A DNA stretch of 64,000 bases, taken from IMG/VR virus record IMGVR_UViG_3300043449_002191, positions 93,342 through 157,341 of that record; one strand, 5' to 3'. A program made the translations under genes and the position numbers. Each line of letters begins with the position of its first letter. Positions within the stretch are counted from its first letter, which is position 1. Shown piece by piece: positions 27,126-38,400 of the stretch. The notes beneath the pieces are model-generated. The model was given only the letters and a program-made list of their open reading frames with translations, searched no databases and was not told the DNA's origin. This stretch comes from a virus.

Positions 27126-29210
27126 ATGGCTAAAGATAACGAAAAGAAACAGCCGATTTTAGCATTAGATCCAGTCTCATATAATATGCTCAAAAAACAA
27201 GAGCAAGATGAGATTGAATCTGCTAGTGCAAAAACAGAAAAAACTGAAGCTCAAGAAAAGTCAGTTCTCGGCATGATTCTAAAGTCACTTCAAAGTCAAG
27301 CTGCCCAACAAGTCGATAGGATGGCCTTTGAGGTTGATCCATTAAATCATAATACTAATACAGCAAACTTTTATAAAGTAAAAACTAATCTTACCCCAGA
27401 TCACGTCATTAAAAAGCTTATTGGTCCAAGTGGGGATGAATTAGTTTCACAAATTCTACAAGCAAGAGCAAACCACATCTCCGCTTTTGGTAGACCTAGA
27501 ACGGATAGATTTTCTACAGGCTTTGATTTTGTCGATATGGATAAAAATGCCATTAGGACAGAAGAAGAGCAAAAAGCTTTACAGGAAAGAGTAGAAAAAG
27601 CCAGAGCATTTCTTTGGAAATGCGGCTTAGAAAAACTTGATACTGAAGCTGATCAGCCTAATTTAAGTCAAATACTCAAACAAGTTGTCAGAGATGGTAT
27701 TGCTTACGGAAGGCTCGCAGTAGAACATTTATACGGAGCAGACCCTAAAACTGGTAAAAAAGTTTATTACGGCTTTAGACCTGTTGACGCCGGAACTGTC
27801 TATAAGATTTTACCTAAACGTGAACAAGACCAGACTTTAAGGGCTCAAGCCGTATCTATTTTAGCTGGTCTTAAAAACGAAAAAATCAGCGTAGAAAAAT
27901 ACAAAAAAGACGAATACAGATACGTTCAAGTTATTGACGGTAAACCTGTCCAAGCATTTGCAGAAGAAGAACTTTCGCTATACAATCTTTATCCTGTCAC
28001 AAACGTAGAATACAATGGCTATCCGCTAACTCCAATTGACCAAGCTTTAAATGCAATCATGACTCACATCAATATTGCAATGCACAATAAGCTGTACTTC
28101 CAAAACGGAAGAGCAGCCAAAGGGATGCTTATTTTTAAATCTGACAGTATAGATGAGTCAACTGTACAGAAGATTAGACTTCAATTCCATCAGTCAATTA
28201 ACTCAGTTCAGAATTCCTGGAGAATGCCAGTATTTGCAGTTGGTGCAGAAGATGACGTACAATTTTCTTCAATAGATACTCAAGGTCGTGACGCAGAGTT
28301 TCAATATTTAATGGATAACAATGCCAGGGTAATCCTTTCGTCTTTCCAAATGTCCCCAGAAGAATTACCTGGGTATGCTCACCTTGCAAGAGGTACTAAC
28401 ACACAGGCTCTTTCAGAATCTGATAATGAATGGAAGCTTACTGCAGCCCGTGATGTAGGTTTACGTCCACTAGTTCTTGATATTCAAGATTTCTTAAATA
28501 ATCATATTTTACCTAAAATTGATGCAGAGTTAGCTAAAACCCACCAAATTGTTTTGGCTGGATTAGAAAAAGATAGTCCAGAAAAAGAAGCTACTAGATT
28601 GCAGCAAGATATGCCTATTCATATGACCTACAATGAGGTCTTGGAATACGTAGAAAAGAATTTGTTAGACAAGTCAGTTGGTGGAGACTTCCCATTAAAC
28701 CCACAGTACCAAGCTATTATCAGTCAATATCTTACAGTAGGTCAAATATTAGAAAGCTTTTTTGGCGTTAAAGACGCATCTAAAGACCCACGTTATCAGT
28801 ACGTAAGAGACCCTTTCTGGTTCCAAAACCAGCAAATTTTATTACAAAAAGCTCAAGTTGCTATGCAGCAACAAATGATGGTTGAGCAACAAATGCAACA
28901 ACAAATGATGGCACAACAACAAGCTGCTATGGGCCAAGATCCTAATGCTCCACAAGAAGGCCAAGATCAATCTTTACCACCACAACAAGGTTCAAATCCA
29001 CAAGATAATATGCAGAAAAATTCTGAATGGGCTATAGCAAATTATCAAGTAATGGAAAAGGCTATTAAAAACAACCACAATTCCATTTCAAAAATGCTCC
29101 TAAATAGACATTCGCAAATGGTAGATAAGCATTTATCTAAATGGTCCGAAGACTCCAAAAAAGCCCTAAAAGAGCTAGAAAAGGTCTTAAAAGATAAGAA
29201 AGAGGACTAA
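27126..29210 (+). CDS. portal protein
   Basis: RPVDAGT, YVQVIDG, GYPLTP, YFQNG, DAEF, SPEEL patterns; position; Gln-rich tail. Confidence 0.88.
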   Translation: MAKDNEKKQPILALDPVSYNMLKKQEQDEIESASAKTEKTEAQEKSVLGMILKSLQSQAAQQVDRMAFEVDPLNHNTNTANFYKVKTNLTPDHVIKKLIGPSGDELVSQILQARANHISAFGRPRTDRFSTGFDFVDMDKNAIRTEEEQKALQERVEKARAFLWKCGLEKLDTEADQPNLSQILKQVVRDGIAYGRLAVEHLYGADPKTGKKVYYGFRPVDAGTVYKILPKREQDQTLRAQAVSILAGLKNEKISVEKYKKDEYRYVQVIDGKPVQAFAEEELSLYNLYPVTNVEYNGYPLTPIDQALNAIMTHINIAMHNKLYFQNGRAAKGMLIFKSDSIDESTVQKIRLQFHQSINSVQNSWRMPVFAVGAEDDVQFSSIDTQGRDAEFQYLMDNNARVILSSFQMSPEELPGYAHLARGTNTQALSESDNEWKLTAARDVGLRPLVLDIQDFLNNHILPKIDAELAKTHQIVLAGLEKDSPEKEATRLQQDMPIHMTYNEVLEYVEKNLLDKSVGGDFPLNPQYQAIISQYLTVGQILESFFGVKDASKDPRYQYVRDPFWFQNQQILLQKAQVAMQQQMMVEQQMQQQMMAQQQAAMGQDPNAPQEGQDQSLPPQQGSNPQDNMQKNSEWAIANYQVMEKAIKNNHNSISKMLLNRHSQMVDKHLSKWSEDSKKALKELEKVLKDKKED

Positions 29211-30098
29211 ATGCAGCTCTCTCTTTTTCAAAGACAGCTAATAATGAATAAGGTCGATGAGCTATTTGATTCAGCAAAAGCTCGTTTACAAGGACGTTTT
29301 TTCAAAGGTCCAGCAATATACTTTGAAGTAATTAATGCAACTCACCCTGAAGAAACTATTGAAGGCATATATACCCACGCCCTTAAAACTATGTTTGGAC
29401 CAACTGCCACTACTTCCTCCGAAAGATCAATAGAACACCTTTCTGAAATAGCTGGAAATTACATTGACGCTCAAAAAATGAAAGTTAAAAATTATGTAAT
29501 TGCAGATGTTTTAAACGCTAAAACCGCAAGCGAGGCATATAAAGCTGTATCTGACAATTTAGGTAAAGCCCAGAAGTACATGGAAATGCTTGTTGCTAAT
29601 GAAACCAAGCTGATACAGTCTTACGCCTCAAAAGAAGGTGTTTCTCGCATTGCTGCAGATATGAAAGACGATAACCCTACTATAGTCTGGTTTGGGCCAG
29701 TAGATAATAAAACTTGTAAGCATTGCAAAGAAATGTATCATGACGATGCTATGCCACTTAAACCAAAACCTTGGAAAATGTCACAATTAAGGGACGGATA
29801 CTTTAAACCAAAAGAATGGGACAGAGCTTCTGTTTTCCATAATGCTCACCCTAGATGCAGACACGCTATGAGTTATGTACCTAAAAATATGGGGTTTAAT
29901 GATAGAGGGCAGATTGAGTTTAAGCATTTTGGATACGACTATTACCAGGATTATTATTCTACACAAAAAAGTCAACCAGAATATGGCGAACCATTAAAAA
30001 AAGAGCTAGACCTTAGTCAATTCTTTATGGATTATGACGAATATATTGAATATCAGATTCAGCATGAAAAGGCTCATCACAAAAACTCCAAACCCTAA
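29211..30098 (+). CDS. MuF/SPP1 gp7-like head morphogenesis protein
   Basis: DNKTCKHC...HPRCRH motif, directly after the portal. Confidence 0.7.
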   Translation: MQLSLFQRQLIMNKVDELFDSAKARLQGRFFKGPAIYFEVINATHPEETIEGIYTHALKTMFGPTATTSSERSIEHLSEIAGNYIDAQKMKVKNYVIADVLNAKTASEAYKAVSDNLGKAQKYMEMLVANETKLIQSYASKEGVSRIAADMKDDNPTIVWFGPVDNKTCKHCKEMYHDDAMPLKPKPWKMSQLRDGYFKPKEWDRASVFHNAHPRCRHAMSYVPKNMGFNDRGQIEFKHFGYDYYQDYYSTQKSQPEYGEPLKKELDLSQFFMDYDEYIEYQIQHEKAHHKNSKP

Positions 30099-30103
30099 TC
30101 TTA
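30094..30103 (+). promoter_or_regulatory. CCTAATCTTA candidate late promoter
   Basis: Exact motif; its TAA is the stop of the upstream gene. Confidence 0.75.
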
Positions 30104-30125
30104 TTAAAGGTATGGAGATCAAATA

Positions 30126-31832
30126 ATGTCACTGAAAATCGATGGTATTGCCGCATCATCTGCTTTAGATAGTTCTGGTGAAATACTGGAAATAGAAGGC
30201 TTAGATATCTCCGATTTTATCGAAGGTCGTGGTGTACTTAACTGGGAGCATGATAATAAGCATGAAAATACAGTTGGTGCCATAGTCTATGCTAAAAAGA
30301 TTTTACAAAAATCTGACTGCGAAAATGATCGTCAACGTAGGTATTGGGACTCAGTAAAAAAGCCTTTTGTGTATATAATCGGCGAACTTTTTGATGACGA
30401 AGATCATCCAGGCGCAATTGCTATTGCAGCTATGATCAGATATTATTCTAAAAAATCAGAAAAAATGCTAGTTGGCTTTTCAATTGAAGGTTCTACTCTA
30501 GAACGTGATGGCAATATGCTTAAACAGGCTATTGCTAGGCGCTGCGCTATTACCATTAAACCTGCCAATAAAACTGCTATTGCCGACATCTATGAAGATG
30601 AAAAAGTCAAAAAGCTTATGAATGACATGGAAAAATCCCAATCAGACGTACAGCTATTTGAAGTAGACTCTTTTACATTAGAAGATAAAGAAGTTCCATA
30701 TTCCCCATACATGGAAATCCATAAGGCTATTGAAGATCTAAACAAAACATTGACTGCAGGCATGGGTAATGTAGCTCCAAGCCAGTTAGTAGGTGGAGCA
30801 GCTTTAGTTCGTGAGCAATTAAGCGGAACTCAAAAAAATAAGGTAAAAGCCGCCCTAAGAGACTGGGATAAAAGAACGCCCTTAAAACAAGTAATTAAAA
30901 ATGTATTGCCAGAAATTGGCGATAAATATGTAGAACATTTTACTGATTTAGCCGAAGACTTGATGCTTAAAAAATCTATGCAAAATCCAGCAGTTAGATT
31001 ATCATCTAAGCATGGGCATACTCCTCTCCATCCAGAGCAAAACGAATTAATTGAAGGTCTTCAAGTTACACAAGACTTAGATAAAATGCCAGTATTTAAA
31101 CCAAAACACGACCTTTACGGTTCCGCTATATATAAAGGTAAAAACGACAAAGGTCAAACAGTTTTAATTAAAAGCCCAGAAAAAGATAAACCAGAAGACT
31201 TACACAACTTTGCTCAAAAAGCTTCTATGTACCATGGAATAGCAAAAAGCGTTTTTGGTCTTGGCGACAATGTGCCTGAAACAGCAGCATTTAAACATGA
31301 AAGCTTAAAAAACTCAAATAAACATCATGGAGATTGGTTCCAAGCTATTGAGCATAAAAAGGACACTAAGACTCCATTGGAAGACCAAAAAGGGTATAAC
31401 GCCGTTATTGCTACACCTGAAGGTCAAGATAAGCTTTCAAAGCTATTGATAATGGACCATATTTTAGGTGGTAGAGATAGACACGCCGGAAATATTTTAT
31501 TTGATAAAAAAGGCGAGCTGCACCTTATCGATAATGATAGATCTTTTGATCATTACGACTCAGACTTTTTACCTTCAGAAACACACGAAGAAATAATGCC
31601 TGAAAATGGATTTTTAATTTCCGATGATACCGCAAATTGGATTAAAAAAGTTGACCCAAAAATTTTACTTAAGACTATGCTAGACCATGGTATACACCAT
31701 GATACCGCAAAAAAATCCATTTTGAAGCTAAAAGCTTATCAAAAAATGGCAAAAAAGGGATATAATATTAAAGATTTAATAGATAAAGCTCATATGTCTG
31801 TGAGTGCTGCACCCAAGGAAAAGGTTAAGTAA
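30126..31832 (+). CDS. prohead protease fused to a capsid-arm copy and a HipA/PI3-4K-like kinase
   Basis: N-terminal GIAAS..LDSSGE, NWEH, GFSIEG, AITIKPAN (HK97-type protease); C-terminal DHILGGRDRHAGNIL...LIDND. Confidence 0.85.
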   Translation: MSLKIDGIAASSALDSSGEILEIEGLDISDFIEGRGVLNWEHDNKHENTVGAIVYAKKILQKSDCENDRQRRYWDSVKKPFVYIIGELFDDEDHPGAIAIAAMIRYYSKKSEKMLVGFSIEGSTLERDGNMLKQAIARRCAITIKPANKTAIADIYEDEKVKKLMNDMEKSQSDVQLFEVDSFTLEDKEVPYSPYMEIHKAIEDLNKTLTAGMGNVAPSQLVGGAALVREQLSGTQKNKVKAALRDWDKRTPLKQVIKNVLPEIGDKYVEHFTDLAEDLMLKKSMQNPAVRLSSKHGHTPLHPEQNELIEGLQVTQDLDKMPVFKPKHDLYGSAIYKGKNDKGQTVLIKSPEKDKPEDLHNFAQKASMYHGIAKSVFGLGDNVPETAAFKHESLKNSNKHHGDWFQAIEHKKDTKTPLEDQKGYNAVIATPEGQDKLSKLLIMDHILGGRDRHAGNILFDKKGELHLIDNDRSFDHYDSDFLPSETHEEIMPENGFLISDDTANWIKKVDPKILLKTMLDHGIHHDTAKKSILKLKAYQKMAKKGYNIKDLIDKAHMSVSAAPKEKVK

Positions 31833-32437
31833 TGAAAGTCTATGTCATTAAAAGCGTAAACTCAGACATCCCCTTGGCTGAAATCAGAACTGATGGCAGA
31901 TCTGTTGATTTTATTGTAGATAATACTGAAGGCCAACTTCCATCAAAAGTGGGCAATAGCCTAGAAGCGCTTAAAAAATACCTAAAGTCTTCTAGTATCT
32001 ACTTAGAAGAACCAACTCAGCCTACAGCACATTTAATCAGATACGTTCTATCAAACGGAGATGTTGCTGAAATCACTACTGACGGTAAAACCTGCCTTTT
32101 AAATGGTAACCTGCTAACTGAGCAAGAAAAATATGCTCTATTTGATGCTATTAAAAGAAAAGAAATTCAAGTATCTAGAAAATCTGATGATATACAACCA
32201 GTTTTACCTAAAGCGCAAAAGCCTTTAGAGGAAATTAAGCCAAAACAACTGCACCCTACTATTCAATCTCAAATGAAAGAATACTTTGAAGAAAAAAGAA
32301 AGCAATTGGAAAAATCAACACCAGATATGGATCATGAGATTGAAGATTCTGTGGCTAAGATGGCCGGAGACAGACAAGAAGTAGGCTTTGTAAGGGACCT
32401 TTTGTATTGGTTAAAGCACGGAGGCAATCGTGAATAA
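31832..32437 (+). CDS. hypothetical head-module protein
   Basis: ORF coupled to the protease gene. Confidence 0.6.
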   Translation: MKVYVIKSVNSDIPLAEIRTDGRSVDFIVDNTEGQLPSKVGNSLEALKKYLKSSSIYLEEPTQPTAHLIRYVLSNGDVAEITTDGKTCLLNGNLLTEQEKYALFDAIKRKEIQVSRKSDDIQPVLPKAQKPLEEIKPKQLHPTIQSQMKEYFEEKRKQLEKSTPDMDHEIEDSVAKMAGDRQEVGFVRDLLYWLKHGGNRE

Positions 32438-35400
32438 GACTTTTTTTGACGAAAACACCTCTCCACAAGAGCTTGAATCTACAATAAATCAATATATTGA
32501 TACACCAAAAGATAGTCACCCAGAAGACTTATCAGAAAAGGTATATGAAGCTGCCGCACATCCTCAAATGCCAGCAGCGCATTTATCTAAACTTTACCTT
32601 CATAACATGGCAAAACCAGAAAATACTCCAGAAAATATAGGCAGCCATGAAAGTATAGACTCAGATTTAACTGAAAAAATACTGCAAAATCTAAATACAC
32701 CTAAAGATATACATGAGCAGCACCTTGCAGCTACTCATTCTTCTAATAGCGAGCATCATAACTATGCTATTTCAAATCCTGCAGTATCTAATGATGTTAT
32801 TCAGTCATTTTTAGAAAATAGAGCAAAATCGGAATCTGCTTGGAATATGCCAGCAGAAGAAAATGTCCATCCCGATGTTGGGTTTAATCTATTTAATAAA
32901 GGCCGTGAACTTAAAGACATTGATCCAAAGCATTCAGAAGCACTTAAAGAATATGGATTAGATATTCTACAAAATTCTAAAAAACATACAGACGAAACAT
33001 TAAAGAGAGTAGTAGATGCTTATCATAAAGGCCAGCCATTAAATAGCGGCTTTTTGGGCAATCTTATCTCAAAAAATAAAAATTTGACAAAAGACCAGTT
33101 AAATCAAATTCACAATAAGCATACATCATCTGAAGAGTTTGATCCTGATTATGGTAGCAGTGTTATTTCTTCTATAGCAGAGCATCCTAATACTGATCCA
33201 TCATTACTATCACTAATCGCTAACGATAAAAAGTATAAAAACCATGCATCTGATGCTTTAAAAAATCCTGCGCTTCCTATGGAAGTATTCAATAATAAAA
33301 TTTCAAAATTACCTAAAAGAGGAAATGAACATTACGATCATAATGATGAAATTACTGAATCTTTACTGCAAAATCCAAATATAACAAAAGACCAAGTGTC
33401 AGAACTTTTTAAAAAAGGGTTTAAATCAGCGTTAAATCATGAAAAAACTGATGAGTCATTAATTGAAAATCATTGGAATAGCTCTGACAAAAGCGCAGAT
33501 GCTGCGAATAAAATTTTGCGAACAAAAAACTTGCCTGAAAGTGTCTTAAAAGAGCTTGTTAATCATAAAAATCAAGACGTAGCAATTGAAGCGTTAAATC
33601 ATAAGAATGCTACAGAAAACGTAGTAAATGAAGGTTTAAAAAGAAAAGCTAAAGCAGTACAAGAAGAGGCAGCTAAGCACCCTCTTGTAAAAGATAGAGC
33701 TATTACTGAAAAGCTAAAAAATAAATCAGTAAACGCCTCTACTATAGCTTCTGATAATGATTATAAAGAAAAGTTTGATAAACTTTCCGATTTGGATAAA
33801 TCTAATCTAATTAACCACTTCCATGAAAAGCTCTCAGGCTCAGACATTGATGCAATTGCTAAGAATTCAAAAGAAAAGAAGTCTGATGTATTATTGGCAA
33901 AAAGATTCTTAGCTAGGGATAAAAGTGTACCACAACACATCAAAGACCATCATTCAGATGAGTTTTTTGATATGTTTACTAAAGAATTTGGAACTAATTC
34001 AGATATAAACGTAGATAGAGATGATTTACACAAAAGGCAGTTATTCCAAACCGCAAGAGACCTTTTATCAGATGAAAATCCAACAGCGCAGAAAAGATTG
34101 CTAGAGCATACACCTTTGATGTCAGCGTTAGGCCCTGATGTGGCATCTAAATCTAAAAATCCTGATTTTATTAAAAAGCTAGTCAAAAGAGCTAAAGACG
34201 CTGATGGTGAATCAATAATAGATCGCTGGGGGCACCCAAGACCATATAATTCGTCTGACTTAAGATTATCTGTATTAAAAAATCCAAATCTAAGCCTAGA
34301 AGATCTTAAAGGTCACTTGTCCGACCCGTCTTTTAATGATTTTGATAAATATGCTTTGAATAATATTATGGATAAAACAAAAGGTTCCCCAGAAAAACAA
34401 GCAGAAACACTAAGTTTTTTAAAAAATTTAAACAGACCAGAAGTAAACAAACACCTGCTGTTAGGCAGTTTTTTGACTGGAAATGACCAAGAATCAGCAT
34501 TTGAAAACTTAGAGTCAAAATACGATAAAAGTGAATTTTTAAAGGAAAATGCAGACAAAATTTCTCCATCGTTAGCTGACAGAATTTTAAGTGGCGAATT
34601 TAATGATAATTACACACAAATGAAACATAATCTTTTTAGTGGATTAGAAAATCCCCCTAAAGAAATTGAAGATAAAGTTTTAAATCATTTAGACGAACTT
34701 TCTAAAGGCCCTGTAGCCGATTTAACTGATTCGTTAAACAGTATCTCTAATAGTTTTAAAAAATCTGAAAGATGGAAAAATAACGCTAAAGAGCTGTCAG
34801 CATCAAATCCAACTTTAGCTTCTCAAATGTATTCTCATCATATTGATGTGCTGCCAGCAGAAAAACAAAAAGATGCGATTAGCAACCTTGAAGCTTATGA
34901 AGATTCATTGGGCGTAAGTCCAGAACAAAAAGATATGAGAAAAAAAGCTTTTTGGAAAGCTCAATTGCTAAATATAAATAGGTTAGGTAGAGTATTTGAA
35001 AAAGGAGAATTAGATCATTTAGCAGATCTGCAGAGTACAGATGAAGACGAAACCGCTCTTTCTATCAAATCCCTTTTATTAAACAAACGATTATTGTCAG
35101 ATAACAAAGCTAGCGAAATAGTAGCCAAAGACCCTTCTTTATTTGAAGATTATTATAACTCATTACATAAAATAGATGATAAAATTAAATCTATTGATAG
35201 CGTAATAAATAATCCTAATTCAGATAAAAACTTGCTTTTTAAAGCTGTAGGCAAAATAAATCCTACACATTTATCAGAATATAAAATTGATAAAGATAAC
35301 CAAAATGAAGTTGCAAAGAAATTAGCCAATAAAATTGCTGATTTAAGTAAACTTCAAGATCAAAAACACTTACAGACAGCAGTTCAGGGGCTTACACGCC

Positions 35401-38400
35401 CTATTAAAGGGCATTTAACTGAGGGTGTTTCTGAATCTTTAATTAAAAAAGCTGCCGATGAAATCTTAAAAAACGATAAAATACCCCAAGATAAAAAAGT
35501 AAGAATGTTGTCAGCAGTTTCTTCTGCTATGGATGTCAAAGGGGTAACACATCAAGCAACTTCTAAATTTTTAACTAAGGCTGTATCTGAATCAGAAGAT
35601 GTCAATACACTGCTACCTGCTATCCAGTCTTCTACATTTGATTTTGCAACAAAAACTTCTATGGCTAAAAAAGCAAATGAAATGCTATCAAACCCAGAAG
35701 CTATAGCTAAAGTTGATACCCAAAAATTGCTAGACTTTACTACTAATGCAAACTGTACGGCAGAAGTTAAAACTTTGGTAGCTAACAAAGCAACTGAAGA
35801 ACTTTTTCAAGAACAAGACCTTGATAAACAAGTAGAAAAAGCTGAGAAATTAGCATCAGCGCTAAACTACTCATCAAACGATAGCAGCTTTAATTCTGAC
35901 GCTAGAATTTACCATTTAGCCGAACATCCAAATCCAGAAGTAAGAATGGTCGCCTATAAACAAATGAGATCCACTCTTTCTTCAAACGGAATAGAAAGCA
36001 ACATTGAACTATACAAGAATATGCCAGATGATATTAAGCTTCATCCAATTGATATTGATCAAAATGAAGCAAATAATGCTGATTTTGTAGAAGCATCGAC
36101 TAAAGGCTGGAAATTAGATACATTAATTGTTAATGGTGGAGTTTTAAACAAAGAAAACTCAAAAGTAATGATTAATAGAGCTATTGAGTCCGAAGATCCT
36201 GCCCATAAAAGATTGGCACTTCAATCTTTAATGTCATCTGTGTATACAGACAAAAATGACCTAACTAAACTTGCCAGAGCATCTAGCGAAGAAGACCTAC
36301 TAAAGTCTCTTTCAATAGTCCAAAATCCATTCCAACTAAATGCACATTTTGCTTTATCTGAATTGATGGATAAAGTAGATCAAAAAATGGAAAATCCAGA
36401 GATGGTAATTCATGGTGCTAAATTTTTAGACAAAGAGCATACAAAAAATGTACTTTCTATCCTAAGCGATATTGCCAGTAATATAGGAAAAACTATATTT
36501 GATGAAGGCACTTACGATATTAACGCAAAAAACGAAGTGTATGAAGAGGTTATTAACAAGCATACGGACCATTCCAATACTATTTTGAATAATCTTAAAA
36601 ACCAAATTTTAGAAGAACCATCTGAAACTAAAGTTAAAGTAAATAGTTTAATCAATAACCTAAGAAATATTGTTGCGAATAGTGGGTTAAAGTTTAGCAA
36701 AGAAACTCACAATAAGCTAATGGAGTCCTATAATTTACATAAAGACCTTTATGAAAAATTGGGTACAAGATTTAACACTCCAGTTCTATTAGGTGGAATT
36801 ATTGAAAAAACAGAAGGATTAAATTCCGAAGATTGGAAATCTCTTTTTGAAAAAACTCCTGAATCCAAATATTTTATTGGACATAGATCATCTATAGGAA
36901 CAGACATTTCAGATCATCTATCTTTTTCTAAAGAGGATCAAAATTGGAGTCATTCACCTGTAGCTGTTCAATTTGCTTTAGATAAACTTGATTCCCAATC
37001 TTTAGATAAGCATGGCAAAAGACTTTTTACCGAGGCTTTAAATGCAACAAATGGAAGTCCTAATCAAAAATATGTTATTGAGACTGGTTTAAGTAAAATG
37101 GGCGATAGGCTTAATCATAAAGACTTATTGGACATAAGAAAAGCTTTACCAGAGTTTAGTCAACATTTTGATACCGTAGCTATTAAATCTGGTGCAGGCG
37201 GAAAAGAGCTTTTAGCCGATTCAGTCAAAAAAGTGGAAGAACTTGCTAAAAACAAAGAACAATCTAGCGTTGAGCTTTTATCTGCAATATGCAGAAGTCG
37301 CCACTTAGACGAAAATCTAGCAAATAAAATGTTGGAAATTCATGATAATCACCCAGAAGTAATGGAAGAACTCGCTAACAATAACTCAGTTCACCCTAAC
37401 GTATTGCTTAAAATTCAAAACGAAGCCGCTAAATTGTCACCAAGAACATCTAAAAAGATTGTGGACGCAGTTATTTCAAACTCAAATACTCCATTTGATG
37501 TTGTTAAAAAGGCATTTGAAACTACTCAAAAAGAGTATAAACCATATTTCATGAGCAATACTTCATTTAACCCTGCGCTAGATAACTCTAAATGGGGACC
37601 TAGCCTATTAAGAGAAATGCCAGTAGTCTTACCTGAAGGGCTTCAAAACGTAGATGGGAACTCTTTAAAGCAAAAAACTTCAGAATTTTCTACCGAGTAT
37701 TCAAATAAACGTAAAAAAGCCCTTAATGTAATGGCAGCTATACCTGATACTGGTATTAACTGGGTTGAATTTAAGCGACAAAATCCGTCACTAGAGGCTG
37801 GATTACCAAAAGAAGTTAAAGATATTTTTACTAGAAATGCTAACACTCCAATAACAAAAGAGAATATGGTATCTCTGGTAAAATCTATGGATTCAGAGCA
37901 AAAGAAAAGAGAGTACCACTTAGCGTATTCATCTTGGAGTGGGGTACAAACTCATACTGGAGGCAAAAATCTTGTTATGACTTTAAATCTATCTCAGCAA
38001 ACTGAAGAAGAGCTTAAAAAAGACCCCAAAGTATTTGCTTTATATAAAAAAGTTACTCAAATTGCAAATGGAATATCTGGTAAATCTATAGGAGCGCACC
38101 CAACAACACCATATGCTGTATCTTGGTCTAGAGTTGATACTGATCAAAACGGTGAAGCCTGGGTAATTGAAGAGCTTCAAGCAGATGCTGTACAAAAATT
38201 TAGATCTAATTTCAGAAGAATACTCAACAATATGGCCTCTGGGTCAAATATTGATGGCCATAGTATAACTTCAGAAGAAATGAAATCAATGGTTAAGACT
38301 ATTGAAAAAACTTTTGATGGATGGGACCGAGCTACTATAAATGCAGTTATAGAAAATGCAAAGGCTCATGGAATTAAAAAGCTTTATATGCACGGTCTTG

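Noticed and set aside
28863-28922. CAA/CAG-ATG Gln/Met-rich repeat in the portal (similar one at about 59440-59500)
   Set aside because: Low-complexity disordered linkers, not a separate element
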